Positions 61,932 through 64,000 of a DNA stretch of 64,000 nt are shown here, one piece after another. Source of the stretch: Candidatus Aenigmatarchaeota archaeon (GTDB lineage Archaea; Aenigmatarchaeota; Aenigmatarchaeia; Aenigmatarchaeales; Aenigmatarchaeaceae); the NCBI GenBank assembly GCA_021163145.1, contig JAGGXH010000064.1, forward strand, positions 2,197 through 66,196, written 5' to 3'. The position numbers were made by a program, and so were the translations under genes. Position 1 is the first letter of the stretch. Each line of letters begins with the position of its first letter. The notes beneath the pieces were generated by a model that saw only the letters and a list, made by a program, of their open reading frames with translations, did not search any database and was not told the DNA's origin.

Positions 61932-64000
61932 GTGTTAACCCTGAAAAAAGCAATATTATTCATATTAGTATTTTTGCTTATAATTCCAATGAGTTTGGCA
62001 GCTAAAACTATCGTGTATGTTTCTCAGTTTAATGAATGTTATTTATCTGATTGTGAATGCTTAAATGGAAAAGGAGAAGATTATTATTTTTGTAAAGAAC
62101 TAGAAGATCTTGGGTATGACATAAAAATACTTTCTGGAGCAGATGCAGCTGCAAATAACAGTGCATGGGTATCTGCTTATAAAGATGCTGATATGATATT
62201 TTTAGGAAATATTTCACAAGATTTATTTTCTACTCAAATGTGTGACTATATAAATAAATCTTATAATGTAAATACAGGCAATATTAGCATATTTGCAGCT
62301 CTTACAAATGTTAATAAAACAAATAATATTATTGGATGTATATTCCATATGTTAAATGAACAAATAACCTATGATAGCACACAAGAAAATACATGTAGTG
62401 GCCCATTTGTGATTCTTCAAGGAAGTTCATATATCACTTATGGATATAGTGGAACAGTTTCATTATATGATGAAAACGGTGCTATAAGCATTTATGATAC
62501 TGGAACTACTCCAGGCTTTATAGGAGTACATTGTGAACCAAATGGAAAAACAATTGATGATTATCCTTTATTAACAATTTATACAAATGAGACAGGTGAG
62601 CATAAATATGCTTTCTGGGGTCTTGGAACACCTTCTAATTTTACATCATTGGCATGGAATTTTTTTGATAGAACAGTATTTATGATGATGGGTGATATTC
62701 AAGAAGAAATAACAGGAGAAGTAATAACTGATAAAGAAACATATAAGCCTCATGATACAATTGAAGTTAGTTTTACTACAGATTCCTATGTTACTGATGT
62801 TGAATTTGAATTATTTTTAGGAGAAAATGAGATAGCATCAATTCCATTTGATGAAACTAAAAAAGATGGAAATACGTGGAAATTAAATTATTCTATACCA
62901 GGTAATTCATTAAATGGCACTTATTCTATAAAAGTATTGGCTAAATCTGGATATGTAGAAGAAGAATTTGAAAAGACAGTTGATATTATTCCTTATAATA
63001 TATTTTATACTCTTGATAAAACAAATTATATTGTCGGAGATAATATAATAGTTAATTTATATATAATAAATCCATATTCTGATGAAATTAATTATACTGC
63101 AAATATTACAATACCTGATATAGGAGAAATAGTTAGTGATATTAATAAAACATTTAATTATACTTTTATAATTCCAGAAGATGCTTATGGTGGTAAATAT
63201 AATCTTTATATAAATCTTAATGATTCAGATGGTAGAACATTTGTTCTTAGAAAAGATTTCTTAATAAAAACAATAGGTGCTTTAGATGTAATACCACCAG
63301 AATGGAATATTCAAACCCCAACAGATGGATCATATGAAAAAATGTTTACTATCACCAACATTGGCCAAACAGATTTATATAATATTTCTATAGAAGCAAT
63401 AGGTGATTTGAACATACTGATATCAAACAATACAATAGATAAATTAGAACCATCTGATTCTGCATCATTTGTTGCAAGTGTTTCAATAGACCAAGAAGGA
63501 AGTTATAATGCAACAATTGTAATAAGCTCAGAACAAACAGCTTATAATATTCCTGTAAGTATTGAATATAACAAAGAAGTCATTAAAGATAATCTAGAAA
63601 TAACCCCATCATACTTAAATATAATATCTATACCAGGAAAAGAAATTGAAAAAATTATAACATTAACAAACAAAGGAGATTATGATATAACATCATTATC
63701 ATATAATATGGATGATAATCTATTAGGTATAATATCATTTGAATTGCCATCTATAATTAGTGCACATTCAGAAGAAGAGACTAGTGTTGTGATAGATACA
63801 AGTGCATTACAACAAGGAACATATACTGGTAAATTAAATATATCAAGTAGTTTAGGATATGGTATTGTTATATTTAACATAGAAATAATAGGAGATTTGA
63901 CAATTGATGCAAATCAAAAACTAAGCGAATTAAGCTTACTTGAAGAAAAAATAAATAATTTAAAGAAAAAAAGAAAAGATACGTCATCATTAGAAGCATC
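61932..64000 (+). CDS. large secreted surface protein, 3'-truncated by window edge (GTG start inferred; ATG at 61989 is in frame)
   Basis: Frame open from 61932 to window end; signal-peptide-like LTLKKAILFILVFLLIIPMSLA|AKT; many NxT/NxS sequons. Confidence 0.5.
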   Translation, partial: MLTLKKAILFILVFLLIIPMSLAAKTIVYVSQFNECYLSDCECLNGKGEDYYFCKELEDLGYDIKILSGADAAANNSAWVSAYKDADMIFLGNISQDLFSTQMCDYINKSYNVNTGNISIFAALTNVNKTNNIIGCIFHMLNEQITYDSTQENTCSGPFVILQGSSYITYGYSGTVSLYDENGAISIYDTGTTPGFIGVHCEPNGKTIDDYPLLTIYTNETGEHKYAFWGLGTPSNFTSLAWNFFDRTVFMMMGDIQEEITGEVITDKETYKPHDTIEVSFTTDSYVTDVEFELFLGENEIASIPFDETKKDGNTWKLNYSIPGNSLNGTYSIKVLAKSGYVEEEFEKTVDIIPYNIFYTLDKTNYIVGDNIIVNLYIINPYSDEINYTANITIPDIGEIVSDINKTFNYTFIIPEDAYGGKYNLYINLNDSDGRTFVLRKDFLIKTIGALDVIPPEWNIQTPTDGSYEKMFTITNIGQTDLYNISIEAIGDLNILISNNTIDKLEPSDSASFVASVSIDQEGSYNATIVISSEQTAYNIPVSIEYNKEVIKDNLEITPSYLNIISIPGKEIEKIITLTNKGDYDITSLSYNMDDNLLGIISFELPSIISAHSEEETSVVIDTSALQQGTYTGKLNISSSLGYGIVIFNIEIIGDLTIDANQKLSELSLLEEKINNLKKKRKDTSSLEA

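Noticed and set aside
1-64000. CRISPR arrays, rRNA genes, IS elements with inverted terminal repeats
   Set aside because: Scanned for regularly spaced direct repeats and for 16S/23S/5S-like GC-rich structured stretches; none found. The only repeats are the tRNA half duplication and short hairpin pairs

Overview
Strongly AT-rich archaeal chromosome fragment. The gene content (thermosome, proteasome alpha/beta, exosome Rrp4/41/42, aRF1, Pelota, aCPSF1, ABCE1, Kae1, Pcc1, Spt4/RpoE', archaeal-type ProRS) and the small overlapping genes fit a reduced, DPANN-like archaeon; that lineage assignment is inference only. Conserved blocks: the psmA-sdo1-rrp4-rrp41-rrp42-rpl37ae-rpoP-pcc1-pfdB superoperon (47.4-52.0 kb), rpoE'-spt4-rps24e-rps27ae (31.5-32.8 kb), rpl15e-rpp30-pop5 (55.0-56.9 kb), mre11-rad50 (41.4-44.9 kb). 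Accessory content: (i) a type IV pilus-like locus (three class-III-signal pilin-like genes, a FlaI/TadA-type ATPase interrupted by a ~440-aa LAGLIDADG intein, two TadC/FlaJ-like membrane genes; 0.9-7.2 kb); (ii) three free-standing LAGLIDADG endonuclease-like genes with N-terminal HTHs, each abutting the 5' end of a conserved gene (tRNA-Val, an EndoQ-like PHP nuclease, Kae1); (iii) three intron-containing tRNAs: tRNA-Ile(UAU), tRNA-Val(UAC) with a duplicated 5' fragment bracketing one endonuclease gene, and tRNA-Ile(GAU) with a non-canonical intron position; (iv) a Kae1 gene whose GxEGTA N-terminal motif is split off by a 16-nt out-of-frame segment; (v) a five-gene cluster of secreted or lipobox-type surface proteins (14.7-21.5 kb) and a large secreted N-glycosylation-rich protein running off the 3' edge; (vi) a ~2.9-kb islet with a convergent overlapping HicA/HicB-like pair between conserved operons. 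No rRNA genes or CRISPR arrays were seen. All calls rest on by-eye motif recognition in the supplied translations; no searches were run.
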